Positions 13,511 through 26,879 are shown, numbered from the stretch's first letter. The stretch is DNA of 64,000 nt from Octopus vulgaris (GCA_951406725.2 OX597828.1:7502001-7566000), one strand, 5' to 3'. Numbers and translations are program-made. Notes: a model not told the origin generated them from the sequence alone.

Positions 13511-14809
13511 ACGTGCATGCATGTGAGCGTATATCTGTTTAGTATTAATTGATTTTCTTGAATTTATTCATTGTCTTCGAATGGATTTTTTTGGAAAAAA
13601 ATAAAACGTACCCTTTGTCTTTCAAGACTGGTACTAATGGATTTTGCTGACTTTATCCTCTGTCTTTGAAAAGCTTGATATTAATGGATTTCTAATACTG
13701 AATTTATTATTTACTTGGAAACATTTGGTGCTAATACATTTTGGTGAATTTGAAAAACATGTAATATTACATATTAATATGAATGTGCTGTGTGACCTGC
13801 TGATTTCGGGAAGTTAGCAAGTTCTTAACCAGGCTGTAAGCTACTTAAAACGGCAAGTACAAGCGAGAAAAATAAGACTCTAAGAAATACAGCCGCCAAG
13901 TAAGTAAGCAGAGCGGTGATTATTATTTAACTTCAAGTCAACTCCTATTCCGTAAATCTATGATCAAAGGGACTTTTCTTCCACTATAATATCTTGTTGG
14001 AAACTAAGTTATCCAATATGTATTTTTAAAGGATATCGAAATGTAATTTGAAAGAGGTTTATCTTCTATTCCTTGTATGTCGATAAACAGTCTACAGTTT
14101 CCCTCACTCGTATCTCATAGGTGAAATCAAAAGATAATGGAAGTCCTGGAGGTTGTAGAATATGTTCACTACATGAAGGTAGTTTTGCTAGTGAAGTTTA
14201 AAAGTACAGCTACAATTTCTTAAAGAGCGAATGTGGTACATTATAGTGTACCCCGCTTTTGAAGTGATTACAATGTTCAATTAAAAGACCAACGCACAAA
14301 TTATCTGCTACCCTCGCTACATTAGAAGAATTTGAATCATTCATCTTCTAAAGAGTAGCATAAAAACAAAACGCAATGAACATGCGTGTATGACATTTTA
14401 ACGTCAGCAATTCTGATTCAATAGTAATTCTTTACAAAGGACGATGTATTTTGGAACAATTTTTTACGTATCCAGAAACAGAAAATTATATCGAACTGGG
14501 TATATTTGCATAAATGCGTTGTACTAAACAACAGAAATACTGTTATGTCTTACTTTTAAGAAATATTAATTGCTGGGAGAAGATAGTTAAAAATACCGAA
14601 CTTAGTAAACATGGTATCCATAGCTGAAATCATTGTATTTCTGAAAAGAAATGCGTAAGGATTCTATTTCAAGCATTTTAAATAACCGTTCAAAACAACT
14701 GTCCCTTAAAATATTTTTGAAGACACTTCAAAATGCTGGATATAAGAACGTTGCATCATAAATACTTACGTGTGCGTGTATGTGTGAGCATGTGTGTATC
14801 TGTAGATGT

Positions 14810-14866
14810 TTCTTTTCTATTTTTTTTACTTGTTTCAGTCATTTGATTGTGGCCATGCTGGAGCAC
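14810..14866 (-). mobile_element. SINE family A 3'-tail fragment
   Basis: TTACTTGTTTCAGTCATTTGATTGTGGCCATGCTGGAGCAC. Confidence 0.8.
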
Positions 14867-15514
14867 ACAGATATGTGGAAACCTTAATTAAAAGATCGAA
14901 TTACAACATAGTCGTATATTCAGGACATGTTTAATAGAAGAGATGTGCCCCTTACATATGTAAGTGAGTATACATATGCATAAACGTATATATGTATATC
15001 TGTGAGCTCGTACCAGTGTGTGTATACAACATAAGTGATTACTTGTACTTAGGTCAGAATATGCAGTTTTAGCAATCCAATTACTGTACATATTTCATAT
15101 GTATGCAACCAGCTGTCTCTCATAAAAACAAAAGATTCATATTGAAATAAATTTTTTATTTGCATTCATTTCTGAATTTGTGCCTGCATTACAGGTGTGT
15201 GCGAACGTATGTATGTATTTATATTTTTCGAATATAAATACATACATGTATGTGAATATGTATACACATGTGTATATGGATACATTCATGCACGTACCTA
15301 TACCCGCTGTACATTATTATATACACAACAAACAGGTTAACTCGTACAACATTGTGTATTTCCATGGTTACAATCATCCACAAACTTTCAAGAATGGTAG
15401 AGAAGAATTTAAAACATGTGAAAATTAGTAGTTTTCAAAATGAAATCCTATAAGGATAGAACTTTATGCATTCAGTGTTTTTACTTCTCTCTTACATTAA
15501 AACAATGAATAGAC

Positions 15515-15730
15515 ATATTCTGTTGTGTCTGGGGAGATTCATTTTCTTTTTGTGCCTTATTATGTAACACACTCACCGGTAAAATTTCCACTTTTTTTTT
15601 TCTATTTTTATTGTCCTAAAATTTTCGTTGCGTCTTGCAACCTTTTCAATAGTTTTGAAATTTTACCAGTGAGTGTGTTACATAATAAGGCACAAAAAGA
15701 AAATTACATTTCCCAGACACGACAGAATAT
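15515..15730. mobile_element. Fold-back repeat (74-bp inverted arms) enclosing a hammerhead motif
   Basis: Arms 15515-15588 and 15657-15730; the inner 48 bp have a single mismatch. Confidence 0.8.
15616..15652 (-). ncRNA. Minimal type I hammerhead-like motif, U3-A8 core
   Basis: CUA-UUGAAAA-G-GUUGC-AAGAC-GCAAC-GAA-AAUU-U-UAG: perfect 5-bp stem II, palindromic stem III, 3-bp stem I. Confidence 0.6.
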
Positions 15731-16051
15731 TCTTCAACACACGAACTCATATAAGGAATCTTGCAAACCAAATCCAAAAACGAAATGAATAGGCACTAAA
15801 ACTTCTATCCGCTTCACCTTCAACAATAACACAGTTCTAATCCTTCTCCTTACTTTTCTTCCTTTATTTCACCTTCTTCTATTACATAAGGGGCCACCAA
15901 CAATAAAGCAAATCCTAAATAGCTTCGCTAATCTAGACAAAGAAATTGTTAGCAAGAGTGCGTGTTGTTGTAACTGCGATTTACACGACTTGACACCACT
16001 TCAACACTGTTCAAGTGAAGCTATTAATAATCTTCACCATTACCGAACACT

Positions 16052-16260
16052 TTACACGCACCCAGACCGTAAAGATTGACTGTGAGCGGGGTCATGGGTA
16101 TGGTGGATGTGTAGCAGAGAAGTTGCAAACTGTGATGGTAGGGTGGCAGTGACGATAGGGGTGCCGGTCGTGGTGGTAATGGTGTTCTTCTCATTGCATG
16201 AGTTCTTGAGAATGGCGATATAGGAATAGATCTCTTCTGGTAGGATTGCATAACTCATGC
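16052..16260 (-). CDS. Candidate terminal exon (GMSYAILPEEIYSYIAILKNSCNEKNTITTTTGTP...), unverified
   Basis: About 70 open codons of non-repetitive sequence after CCTATCAG; polypyrimidine tract is weak. Confidence 0.15.
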
Positions 16261-16269
16261 CTGATAGGT

Positions 16270-16599
16270 GTATGCATGTATGTATGTATGTATGCATGCA
16301 TGTATGTATGTGTGTATGTATGTATGTATGTATGTATGCATGTATGTATGTAGTATGTATGCATGTATGTATGTGTGTATGTATGTATGTATGTATGTAT
16401 GTATGCATGTATGTATGTGTGTATGTATGTATGTATTTATGTATGCATGTATGTATGTATGTATATATGTATGCATGTATGTATGTGTGTATGTAAGTAT
16501 ATGTATGTATGTAAGTATGTATGTGTGTATGTATGTATGTATGTATGTACGTAAATGCATATATACTTTATCTATCTAACTACCTCCCTCCCTCCCTCC

Positions 16600-16637
<38 letters not shown>

Positions 16638-16643
16638 GTCTAC

Positions 16644-16690
<47 letters not shown>
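16270..16690. repeat. (ATGT)n followed by (CTAT)n/(CT)n/(AT)n
   Basis: Directly visible. Confidence 0.95.
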
Positions 16691-16879
16691 CATACATTTA
16701 TATTTATGATAATGATTTATTTGTTAATAATTTTTCTATTTGTTATACAGTAATTCTGTTTTATTAGAAGTTTTATAATATAACACGATCGTGTTGTTTG
16801 TTTTTATTTATATCTCATAAATATTTCTAATTAAAGCACAACATCTGTAATCCAAAGAAAGTTTGGTCCATACCATCAA

Positions 16880-17010
16880 CTCTGGCTTTTATTTAAAAGG
16901 TACTTTGTTTTATCCACCCTGGTGAGACGAAAGCAGAGTTGAGCACGGCGCAATTGGAATCCAAACGTAAAGTGCCGGAACATTTAACGCAACGTACTGT
17001 CTTCGACACT
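16880..17010 (-). mobile_element. SINE family B, degenerate
   Basis: GGTACTTTGTTTTATCCACCCTGGTGAGACGAAAGCAGAGTTGAGCACGGCGCAATTGGAA resembles the reverse complement of the family B core. Confidence 0.5.
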
Positions 17011-17327
17011 GACACCAAGTTTGTAGTTATCGCTACATGCGCGCACGCACGTACCCAGATACACACACGTATACACACACACACACATGTACACACACAC
17101 AAACGCACACACACATGTGCATAAATGGATGTTAATGTATGTGTGTGTGTTTGTATACATATATATATGTATATATATATATATATAGGCGGAGGTGTGG
17201 CTTTGTGGAGACACGCTTGCTTACTAACCACAATCCCTCTGCGCGAGACCTTGAGCACGTCACTTCTACCGTATCCTCGGGCCCACCAAAGTGGATTTGA
17301 TAGATGGAAATTGAAAGCAGCCAGTCA

Positions 17328-17409
<82 letters not shown>

Positions 17410-17471
17410 ATATAAATCATATATAAATGTATGCATATATAAAACATATATGTACATGCCTACATATATAT

Positions 17472-18080
17472 AGGGTAAGTTTACGAAAAGAACAACAGAC
17501 GAAGATAGGTTGTGTACAAAACAAACAGATATATTAGTATAACGCCCAGGAATAAAAAAAAGTCTTTTACGTTTCGAGCCTACGCTCTTCTACAGAAAGG
17601 AACACAGAAAAAACAAGGAGAGAAAAAAATGGGTGTAGTGACTAACGATCTAGCATGGCGACTTGTATATATACATGCAAATATGGGTACAGGACATCAA
17701 AAAAACGTTGAACACAATTTGAAACGAAAACATAATAATAAAAACAGACGCGAACTTTTTGGGAACAACGAAAAAAAACCCCAGAGAAACGGGACATGCA
17801 ACATAAAGAATATTCCCCTTCTTCAGTTGTCCCTGTTTCATCTACTCCGCGTTCGAAGGCAAGGACAATACGCAAAGGAAATTAAATAAAATTTGGGGTT
17901 TTTTGCGGAGGGTGAAAGTGGTAACAAGAACAGGACAGTGAGAACAAAACAGTAAAAACAAAGAGTGAGAGCTGTTAAGCCAAGACAACCACTATTAGGG
18001 ATAAAATATCGAAGGGGATAAAAACATTTACCATATAATATTTCTAATATTTCTAATATTTCAGATTACCCTTTGATATT
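17472..18080 (-). mobile_element. Composite PLE-like repeat inserted in the SINE's (TA)n
   Basis: 17472-17640 is homologous to the 2895, 9560 and 52512 copies; 17690-17990 is homologous to 49560-49827; flanked by (TA)n. Confidence 0.65.
17564..17599 (-). ncRNA. Minimal type I hammerhead-like motif (CUGUAGA core, A6U)
   Basis: CUUU-CUGUAGA-A-GAGC-GUAG-GCUC-GAA-ACGU-A-AAAG: all three stems perfect, GUA cleavage triplet. Confidence 0.65.
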
Positions 18081-18361
18081 ATTATATATATATATACATA
18101 TATACATATCTATGTGTGTGTGTGTGTGTGTGTGTATGTGTCTTTTTGTCTGTGTTTGCCACCCATCATCGCTTGACAAAGAGTGTTGGTGTATTTTGGT
18201 CCCCGTAACCAAGTGGTTCGGCAAAACGATCCGATAGAATAAATAGCGGGCTTAAGAAAAAAGTAAGTATTGGGGTCTATTCATCCGTCTAAAATTTCTT
18301 AAAGGTGGCGCCCGTGCATGACCGCAGTCTTATGACTGATACAAGCATTAGATAAAAGATA

Positions 18362-18746
18362 TACTCTTTACTCATTTGACTGTGGCCATGCTGGAGCACC
18401 GCCTTTAGTCGAGCAAATCGACCCCAAGACTTATTCTTTGTAAGCCTAGAACTTATTCTATCGATCTCTTTTGCCGAACCGCTAGGTTACGAGGACGTAA
18501 ACATACCAGCATCGGTTGTCAAGTGATGTTGGGGGGGGGGGGTACAAACACAGACACACAAACATAAACACACATACACATATATATACATATATATGAC
18601 GGGCTTCTTTCAGTTTCCGTTTACGAAATCCACTCACAAGGCTTTGGTCGGACCAAGGCTATAGTAGAAGACACTTTCCCAAGGTGCCACGCAATGGGAC
18701 TGAACCTGGAACCATGTGGTTGGTAAGCACGCTACTTACCACACAG
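18362..18746 (-). mobile_element. SINE family A, near full length, tail-to-tail with the previous copy
   Basis: High similarity to 25925-26327. Confidence 0.92.
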
Positions 18747-18997
18747 ACAGAATTGTTATAGTTACTGATATATTATGAACAATAATTTTATGTAACTAAT
18801 ACGATGAAAAATTGTACTTATGTACTTTAAGCATGAAGAAATATTTGTATGTGTGTTTGAATTTACTTCCAATCTTTAACTTCATCACTGTTTTAAGTGC
18901 TACTAAAGATATTTCCTGGAGTCACAAAGATATTCAGTTACTGCAACTGGAAGTGCAGTGTTTCATATATCAACACGCACTCGCATGCACAAATGTA

Positions 18998-19072
<75 letters not shown>

Positions 19073-19105
19073 TATATGTGTGTGTGTATAGTGTGTGTAT
19101 GTATG

Positions 19106-19162
<57 letters not shown>

Positions 19163-19211
19163 GTACATATATATGTATGTATCTATGTATATATACATGT
19201 ATGTATGTGTG

Positions 19212-19258
<47 letters not shown>

Positions 19259-19299
19259 GTATGTATGTATATCTATCTATTTACATACATAAATACAAC

Positions 19300-19336
<37 letters not shown>

Positions 19337-19838
19337 CGCACACTTGTTCATATATAACGGAGTAACATCATATCTGGGTTCTGAAATAAGCAGCCTGCTG
19401 GCTTCAACGTCAACCGACTGTTTCTTGTCTTAACCTATGGCCATAAGTTCGTCAATATTTACCGAGTGAACCCGAAATTCGCTTACAATTTCAGTCATGT
19501 TCTTACGTACTTATACATGCGCGCGCATATATATATATATACACATACATGCCCGCATGCGCGCGCACACGCTCACATACATGCAGACGCAAATGCATAC
19601 AATCACATACACGCCATATGTACATACATATGGTGTCAAAGGTAACACTATACAGGATTATGTTTACCAAGTGAAAACACGATGACATCATCCGTCGTCG
19701 ACATCATCATCATCATCATCATTATTAGCAGCAATATAGTGAACTTGGCGACCAACATCCATCAATTCCCGGTAAAGACACTTGCCGTGTTGCCAATAGC
19801 AATTACAGGCGTTGCAACAAAAACAGTATTACTAGATA

Positions 19839-20047
19839 GTCGCGGGCGCGGCTATGTATTAAGAAGCTCACTTCCCAAGCCCATGATTCTGGGTTCAGTT
19901 CCACTGGTCAGCACCTTGGAAAAATGTCTTCTTCTATAGCTCTGGGACAACCGAAACTTTGTGAGTGGATTTGGTACACAGAAACCGAAAGAAGCCCGTC
20001 ATATATGTGTATATGTGTATATGTCTCTCTCTCGCTCTCTCTCTCTC

Positions 20048-20114
<67 letters not shown>

Positions 20115-20330
20115 AACTTTGTTTTCGTTTCCTACCATCGCTTGGTGACCGATGACGGTTTGTTTACATCCTCGTAAAATAGCTGTTTGGCAAAAAGTGA
20201 TCGACGGGATAAGTATCAGGGTTATAAAGAATTTAAGTACAAGGATCGTTTATTCGACTAAATTCTTCAAGGTGTTGCTCCAGCATAGCCGCTGCCCAGT
20301 AACTAAGATAAGAAAAAGATAAAAGATAAG
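19839..20330 (+). mobile_element. SINE family A, full length, diverged
   Basis: GGGTTCAGTTCCACT head, internal TA/GT tract, tail CTCCAGCATAGCCGC...(AAAAGAT)n. Confidence 0.85.
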
Positions 20331-20857
20331 AGAGAGAAGAGAGAAACCGTAGGATTGCATTAAGAAGAAACGCAATAGGAAAACGCATTACGTGTCACAA
20401 ACAGCATTCGTATATGGTTTCTTTCCATGTAGGTAAAAGACGTGATAGTCACGGCTGAAATGTCATTGCTAAGAAGTTCTGACCTGAACGTAGACAACAA
20501 AAACAATAACAACAAGAATAACACAACGACAACTATAACAGCAGCAGCAGCCTCAGCAGCAGCAACAGCAGCAACAACAACAACAACAGTGTGACAACGC
20601 TGTAACCTCTGTGGAATCAGAATCTGCTTCAAAAAAATTATCAAATTTACTTCAATTTACACCCTACTGTCCATAAAAGAAAGGGCGGGGGAAAAAGCCT
20701 TAGGGCTCAATTCTGGAACGTCGTTGATCAATAGTCCACTCAGTCATGGTTAGTAGCCGGTGGCTAAACTGCAACGACAATAAAAAATATAAGATAGCGA
20801 GTTGGAAGTGTGATAAGTGCGTCGACAAAAATGAGCTGTGGTATTTGTTATAGCTGG

Positions 20858-21070
20858 GGCGGCAACCTAGCAGGAACATTAACACTCCGGCAAAATGCTT
20901 AGCAGTATTTCGGCCCGTCTTCACGTTCTGGATTCAAATTCCGCCGAGGCCGACTTAGACTTCCATTCCTTCAGGGTCGATATAATAAGTATCAGTTGAA
21001 CACTGAGATCAGTATAATCGAGTTATCTCTCCCCCGAAGTTGCTGGCTTTGTGTCAAAATTTGAAATCAG
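20858..21070 (+). mobile_element. tRNA-derived SINE family B
   Basis: GGCGGC..CTAGCAG...GGATTCAAATTCCGCCGAGG..GACTT...CATTCCTTCAGGGTCGATA.AATAAGTA.CAG. Confidence 0.85.
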
Positions 21071-21247
21071 TATTTGTTATAGTTACTACAGTTACCTGGC
21101 CTCTGTTCCTAAAATTCTAGCGTCGCTGACTTTGCCTATTGTCCCTTTGACTGTGAGGGAAGGTGCTGGTGTTAGTGAGACTGGGTCGATAAATACGGCC
21201 ACACACACACAAATATCCTTGCAGGAGTCGCTGACAGATAACAAAGA

Positions 21248-21454
21248 GGCGGCGAGCTGGCAGAAACGTTAGCACGCCAGCCGGAATGCTTAGCAGTATT
21301 TTGGCTGCCGTTACGTTCTGAGTTCAAATTCCGCCGAGGTCGACTTTGCCTTTCATCCTTTCGAGGTCGATAAATTAAGTACCAGTTACTTAATCCGTTT
21401 GTCTGTCCTTGTTTGTCCTCTCTGTGTTTAGCCCCTTGTGGGTAGTAAAGAAAT
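21248..21454 (+). mobile_element. SINE family B (alternative tail), young, 15-bp TSD
   Basis: AGATAACAAAGAGGC at 21236-21250 and 21455-21469; B box GAGTTCAAATTCC. Confidence 0.92.
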
Positions 21455-21652
21455 AGATAACAAAGAGGCAGAACAGATACGGCACGGTATTCCAGCGTAC
21501 AGCGCTTCATTAGTGACAGGTGCTCGCTTGCCACTTAGCACACGCGCACGCATACACCGACAAACGCGCACATACTCAAATTATATAGACAATTCTGATA
21601 AGGACCCAATACGGTTCGAAAATCGATTTAGGCTGCTCATCATTACGTAGAT

Positions 21653-21727
<75 letters not shown>

Positions 21728-21794
21728 TGTATGTATATATTCATAAATATAAATAAAATATATATATATATATAGATATATAGATATATATTAG

Positions 21795-21990
21795 AAGGTT
21801 TTGAGATGATGTACAGGTATTTTATATTAGAAGAAACGAGGTACTCAGAAATTCGGATGGTTTTATATTTACAGAAATTTATTTGTATATTACAGGTTTT
21901 TATACATATATCATATATCATATATTAGCGTTTTCGTCCATTCTAGTGGAGTTTTCAAATTGAATTAAGTTCTTGGGGAAAATTTGACCA
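21795..21990 (-). mobile_element. PLE-like short repeat with hammerhead-like motif (UUGAAAA core)
   Basis: Homolog of 4423-4592. Minus strand TTGAAAA-C-TCCA-CTAGAA-TGGA-C-GAA-AACGCT-A at about 21926-21959. Confidence 0.6.
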
Positions 21991-22289
21991 TTTTTATAGT
22001 GTTATTGAGTGTGTAGTGGTGGGGAGAGATATAAGATAGTACAAGAGGGTGTTGAATGGGGAGAAAGTGAGAGATAGCATGTATGTGTGTGTGCGTGCGT
22101 GCGTGTGTATGCGTGCGTGTGTGTGTGTGTTTGTTTGTATCTGAAAGGGTGTTAAAGAAAAAGAAGGAAAGGAAGAAAAGGAAGAGAAAGAAGAGCACAA
22201 TTTTTGTTGATCCCTTTGTAGCTGGTCAGGCTGTTTACTCCAAGGGGGACAAAATGTCACTTTTCAAAAAAATTGTCTGGATTTCCTTT

Positions 22290-22324
<35 letters not shown>

Positions 22325-22326
<2 letters not shown>

Positions 22327-22693
22327 TCGACTCCGTCGGTCACGAATGACTATGGGTGCACCTAAGAGGTTGCCCTCTGGGGTACAAGTCTGGGTGGGAA
22401 ATTGTCTCGCCGGCGAACGCACAAACTTGGCTTGTTTTTATGGAAGATCAGCAGTCGCCCATGCATACCAACCTCGCCTCTTCCAACGCCACCGATGTCA
22501 TCCAAGGGAAGGGCAAAGATTGTTACAGATTGGCTCCAGTCACGTCGCAACTCATTTCTACAGCTGGATGAACTTGAGCCACGTGGAATGTAATGTCTTG
22601 CTCAAGAACACAACACGCATCCCGGTCCGGGATTCAAACTCACAACCTCACGATCGTAAGCTCGACGCTCCAGCCACTGAGCCATGCGCCTTC
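22325..22693 (-). mobile_element. tRNA-derived SINE family C
   Basis: Head GAAGGCGCATGGCTCAGTGG...GAGTTTGAATCCC, core TTGTGTTCTTGAGCAAGACA; homologous to the 33443 and 36245 copies. Confidence 0.9.
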
Positions 22694-22778
<85 letters not shown>

Positions 22779-22779
22779 C

Positions 22780-22810
<31 letters not shown>

Positions 22811-23084
22811 TGTATGTGTGTGTGTGTATGTATATGTACGTAAGTATGTATGTATTATGTATGCATCTGTGTGTACGAATGTGTGTGCGTGTATGTGAGT
22901 GTGTGTGTGTGTGTGTGTACGTATCCAACGATAGAAAAGGAGTACACAGCATAAAATGGAGAGCAGAATATGCTACTTTGTAGAAGATAAAGCTTCTATG
23001 ATATATATATATACACACACATACATTCGTTCACATATATAAAGATCCTGCAAAATTAGTAAAAGATGATGATGACGATGTTGT

Positions 23085-23124
<40 letters not shown>

Positions 23125-23907
23125 ATCCTAACAGTATGTTTATCCATATTAATAGTGGTTCTGAAATGGGATTCATTTTAAACATTTACGTGTCCTCGTA
23201 AACAAAATAGTAAACCGAGGATCCACGGCAGTATGTTAAGGATCCGTATGAACATTTTGCTTTGGATGTATTTCTTGCAAAAAAAAAACAAAACAGCAAG
23301 GTTTCTTTATCCTACGTTTTATGTATTTCAGCTTACACAATTCAATGCGTCAGAAACAAAACAGGAATCATTAAAGAAGCGTCCATAAGACTAGTTTTTA
23401 TGTGGATCAACCAAAATGAAATAGCAATCAATGGGCCCCATGCGCAAAAAAATGGTTGTGAAGCACTAATTTCTATCATAAAAGTAAAGAGAAAATTACA
23501 TAACGTCGCTAGAGGGAATCGAACGCTGCATCTGCTGTACACCATACAGTCTATTTACAGTAACACGTAGGAATAGTATTAAATAACAACTATCACAGCA
23601 AAGAGTCTGAGTGTCTCTCTTTTCCTCAGTTGTTTTGTCGTATTCAATAATCTAGCAACCTACTTATTTAGCCAAGCAAACTGTTATTTGCCGTTTCCAA
23701 GCTGGACATGTTGTTCTGATTATATTTAGCCGTCTTCTTTAGTAGAACAGCGTAAAGGCACTGGCTAAGTTTCTTTTAATTTATTGACTGCTCTGGCTCC
23801 AGAATTTCACTTCAGTGACTTGAAACTCACATACAGTAAATACAAACTCACAGCACGCACGAACCTGAACATACATGCATACATCCTTGCATCTATACAT
23901 TTATGTA

Positions 23908-23956
<49 letters not shown>

Positions 23957-24387
23957 GTATGTTTATATATATATATATAAGAATACATATATGTATGTAT
24001 ATATATATACTTATATATGTAGATACATATATATGTAAATATATATGCAGACATATACATATATACATATATATATATGTATATATATACATACATATAC
24101 ATGTATACATATACATATATATGTACACACACACACACATACATACATGCATATATATACACGTATGCATATATGAATATAGTTCTTCATAAATGCATGT
24201 GTAGCTGCATATACACATCGTACACACATTCTCATACATATATTGTGTATACTTAGTGTTTTATATACATGTATATCGTATCAAAAATATGTCTATATAT
24301 GCATGCACGTGAATATATGCTGTATGTTTATCAATGTTCCATAGCATGGGTCAGGACATTACTATGCGTGTATGTGTGTAGATATAC

Positions 24388-24435
<48 letters not shown>

Positions 24436-24640
24436 TTATTTATATATATTTATTTATTTATTTATATATATTTATATATATATATATATTTATATATATG
24501 TATGCATATGTATGTATATATGTATGTATGTATGTATATATATATATACATACATGTGTGTATATATACATATATACTAACGTACACACATACATGGCTA
24601 TTTATAAACATATGTTTATGCGTAAGTATGTATATTCATA

Positions 24641-24715
<75 letters not shown>

Positions 24716-24731
24716 GTATATATATACATAT

Positions 24732-24809
<78 letters not shown>

Positions 24810-24836
24810 GTGTATATGTATATATATACATATATA

Positions 24837-24869
<33 letters not shown>

Positions 24870-24885
24870 GTATATATATACATAT

Positions 24886-24963
<78 letters not shown>

Positions 24964-25404
24964 ACATATATATATATATACATATGCTTGTGCGCGCGCG
25001 TGCAAGTGTGTGTATATGAACAAATATGTATGCGAAGAGTTTATGTTTGTTTCCTTCCGCTACATAAAATCTGACAAGTTCATTGATAAAGATTTATTTT
25101 GTTAGCTTGTTCACTTTCCCATCTGTAATGTCGTTCAAGCAATTATATATATTTGTGCGCTGGGACTGATATCTATACACTCACCAGTTCCCCAAGAGAT
25201 ATTATATAGCTTGTCTGGAGCTGAAGCGTAGCATGGACTCTGTGACAGGGTAGTTTAATGAATGCGTCTACCTAGTTATATAGAGTTCAACCACAGCATG
25301 GACTTTGGGACAGAATTGCTTGGGAATGTATGCTAATATCTAAACCCGTCTATTTTCGAATGTCAACCAGTGTACAATCGTGTGCATTTACTTAGTGGTT
25401 ATGA

Positions 25405-25560
25405 ACGCAGCTTGGCCGGGTGGTTAAGCTGTTTGCTTCACAGTTACGAGACACCACGTTCGATCCTGGTATCTTAGCCAAATAGTCCTTTCTTTTCTTT
25501 TTTAATCATAGTCTCGTGTCAATCTAAGTCTTGTGAATGAAACTGGTAAACGGAAAATGT
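25405..25560 (+). mobile_element. SINE family A-like head, highly degenerate
   Basis: TGGCCGGGTGGTTAAG...GTTCGATCC...TTGTGAATGAAACTGGTAAACGGAAA. Confidence 0.5.
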
Positions 25561-25597
25561 ACTCAAACCTAACAGATGGACTATACCAGTAATTTAA

Positions 25598-25804
25598 CCC
25601 ATTAGCAATCAAAGGCCCAAATATTCCGCCTTGTTTTATGTTTGAACTGGCCAGATTCAGCCTCTCACATCTACCCTACAATGTCATTCTAAAAATAGAG
25701 TGTCATATCATCAAAATTTCGAAGTAGCTAGAAAATGCAAGACTAATTTAAAACTGTGAATCAATAAGCATTACATTTGACAGAGTAATCTGAATGCCAA
25801 AGGG
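25598..25804. mobile_element. piggyBac-type MITE
   Basis: TTAA|CCCATTAGCAATCAAA ... TCTGAATGCCAAAGGG|TTAA: TTAA TSD and an imperfect 16-bp TIR beginning CCC. Confidence 0.8.
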
Positions 25805-25924
25805 TTAAATGTTTAGCCGGAACAGACACCGTACAGGATATGGTTTACAGAATTACATAATCCGGTAATCTGGTCATGACAACGACGCTATGACATTCTG
25901 CTTACGAAATGTCTCTCTCTCTTT

Positions 25925-26327
25925 CTCTTTTCTCTCTTTCACTTGTTTCAGTCATTTGACTGTGGCCATGCTGGAGCACCGCCTTTAATCGAGCAACTCA
26001 ACCCCGGGACTTATTCTTTTGTAAGCCTAGTACTTATTCTATCGTTCTCTTTGCCGAACCACTAAGTAACGGGGACATAAACACACCAGCATCGGTTGTC
26101 AAGCAATGCTAGGGGGACAAACACAGACACACAAACACACACACGCATATATATATACATATATACGACGGGCTTCTTTTCAGTTTCCGTCTACCAAATC
26201 CACTCACAAGGCTTTGGTGGGCCCGAAGCTATAGTAGAAGACACTTGCCCAAGGTGCCACGCAGTGGGACTGAACCCGGAACCATGTGGTTGGTAAACAA
26301 GCTACTTACCACACAGCCACACCTGCG
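25925..26327 (-). mobile_element. SINE family A, full length, young
   Basis: Minus-strand A box TGGCTGTGTGGT and B-box-like GGTTCAGTCCC; closest to the family consensus seen here. Confidence 0.95.
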
Positions 26328-26551
26328 TGTACTTTTTTTACAATATAAACTGATATTAGTGACGGAAACAGCATTAGTACCGAAAGGTAATCTTTATAGC
26401 CAACTTAAAGTGGCTGTATTGTCAAAACGCCGTATACTGCGGTATTCGCACTTAGTGATCCTGTCATATAGACGCACTGAGCTTGAAAGCGCCCGAATAT
26501 ATCATAGCAGACAAGAATCGTCTGTGGTAAGTCCAGGATAAGGTATAATAT

Positions 26552-26831
26552 TGTTATATCGCACGTTCGGATGACATCTACTCAATTCTACTCCTGCCCT
26601 TCTCTACCCTTATAGGATAAAACGTTAAGTTGACTCTGAAGCACAAACGATTCTGCTGACTCGCCGCCTCCACAATAATCACATCTGCATTTACGATTAA
26701 TAAGCTAAGTATTTAGCTGTTATGTCGCACGTTCGGACGCCTTCTACTCTCCACTGACGTCTAGGCTTCTCCCTCTATATATCTACGTATTGGGTTAATC
26801 TACTTCATCGTCTGAGGGCGTCCACACAACA
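26552..26831. mobile_element. Possible TRIM-like miniature LTR element
   Basis: Two related ~120-bp units begin TGTTAT.TCGCACGTTCGGA (26552, 26718) and end CCACAATA / CACAACA; AATAT flanks the whole on both sides. Confidence 0.3.
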
Positions 26832-26879
26832 AATATATAAACAAATATAAACAAAATTCCGGAATGAAAGTTGTTGGTA

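Larger units (their letters stand above)
17188..18360 (+). mobile_element. SINE family A split by an insertion in its internal microsatellite (head 17188-17330, tail 18135-18360)
   Basis: Head and tail halves are collinear with the intact copy at 59863-60291. Confidence 0.7.

Noticed and set aside
25925-26327. SINE heads as tRNA genes
   Set aside because: The A/B boxes are followed by SINE bodies, with no complete cloverleaf or Pol III terminator.
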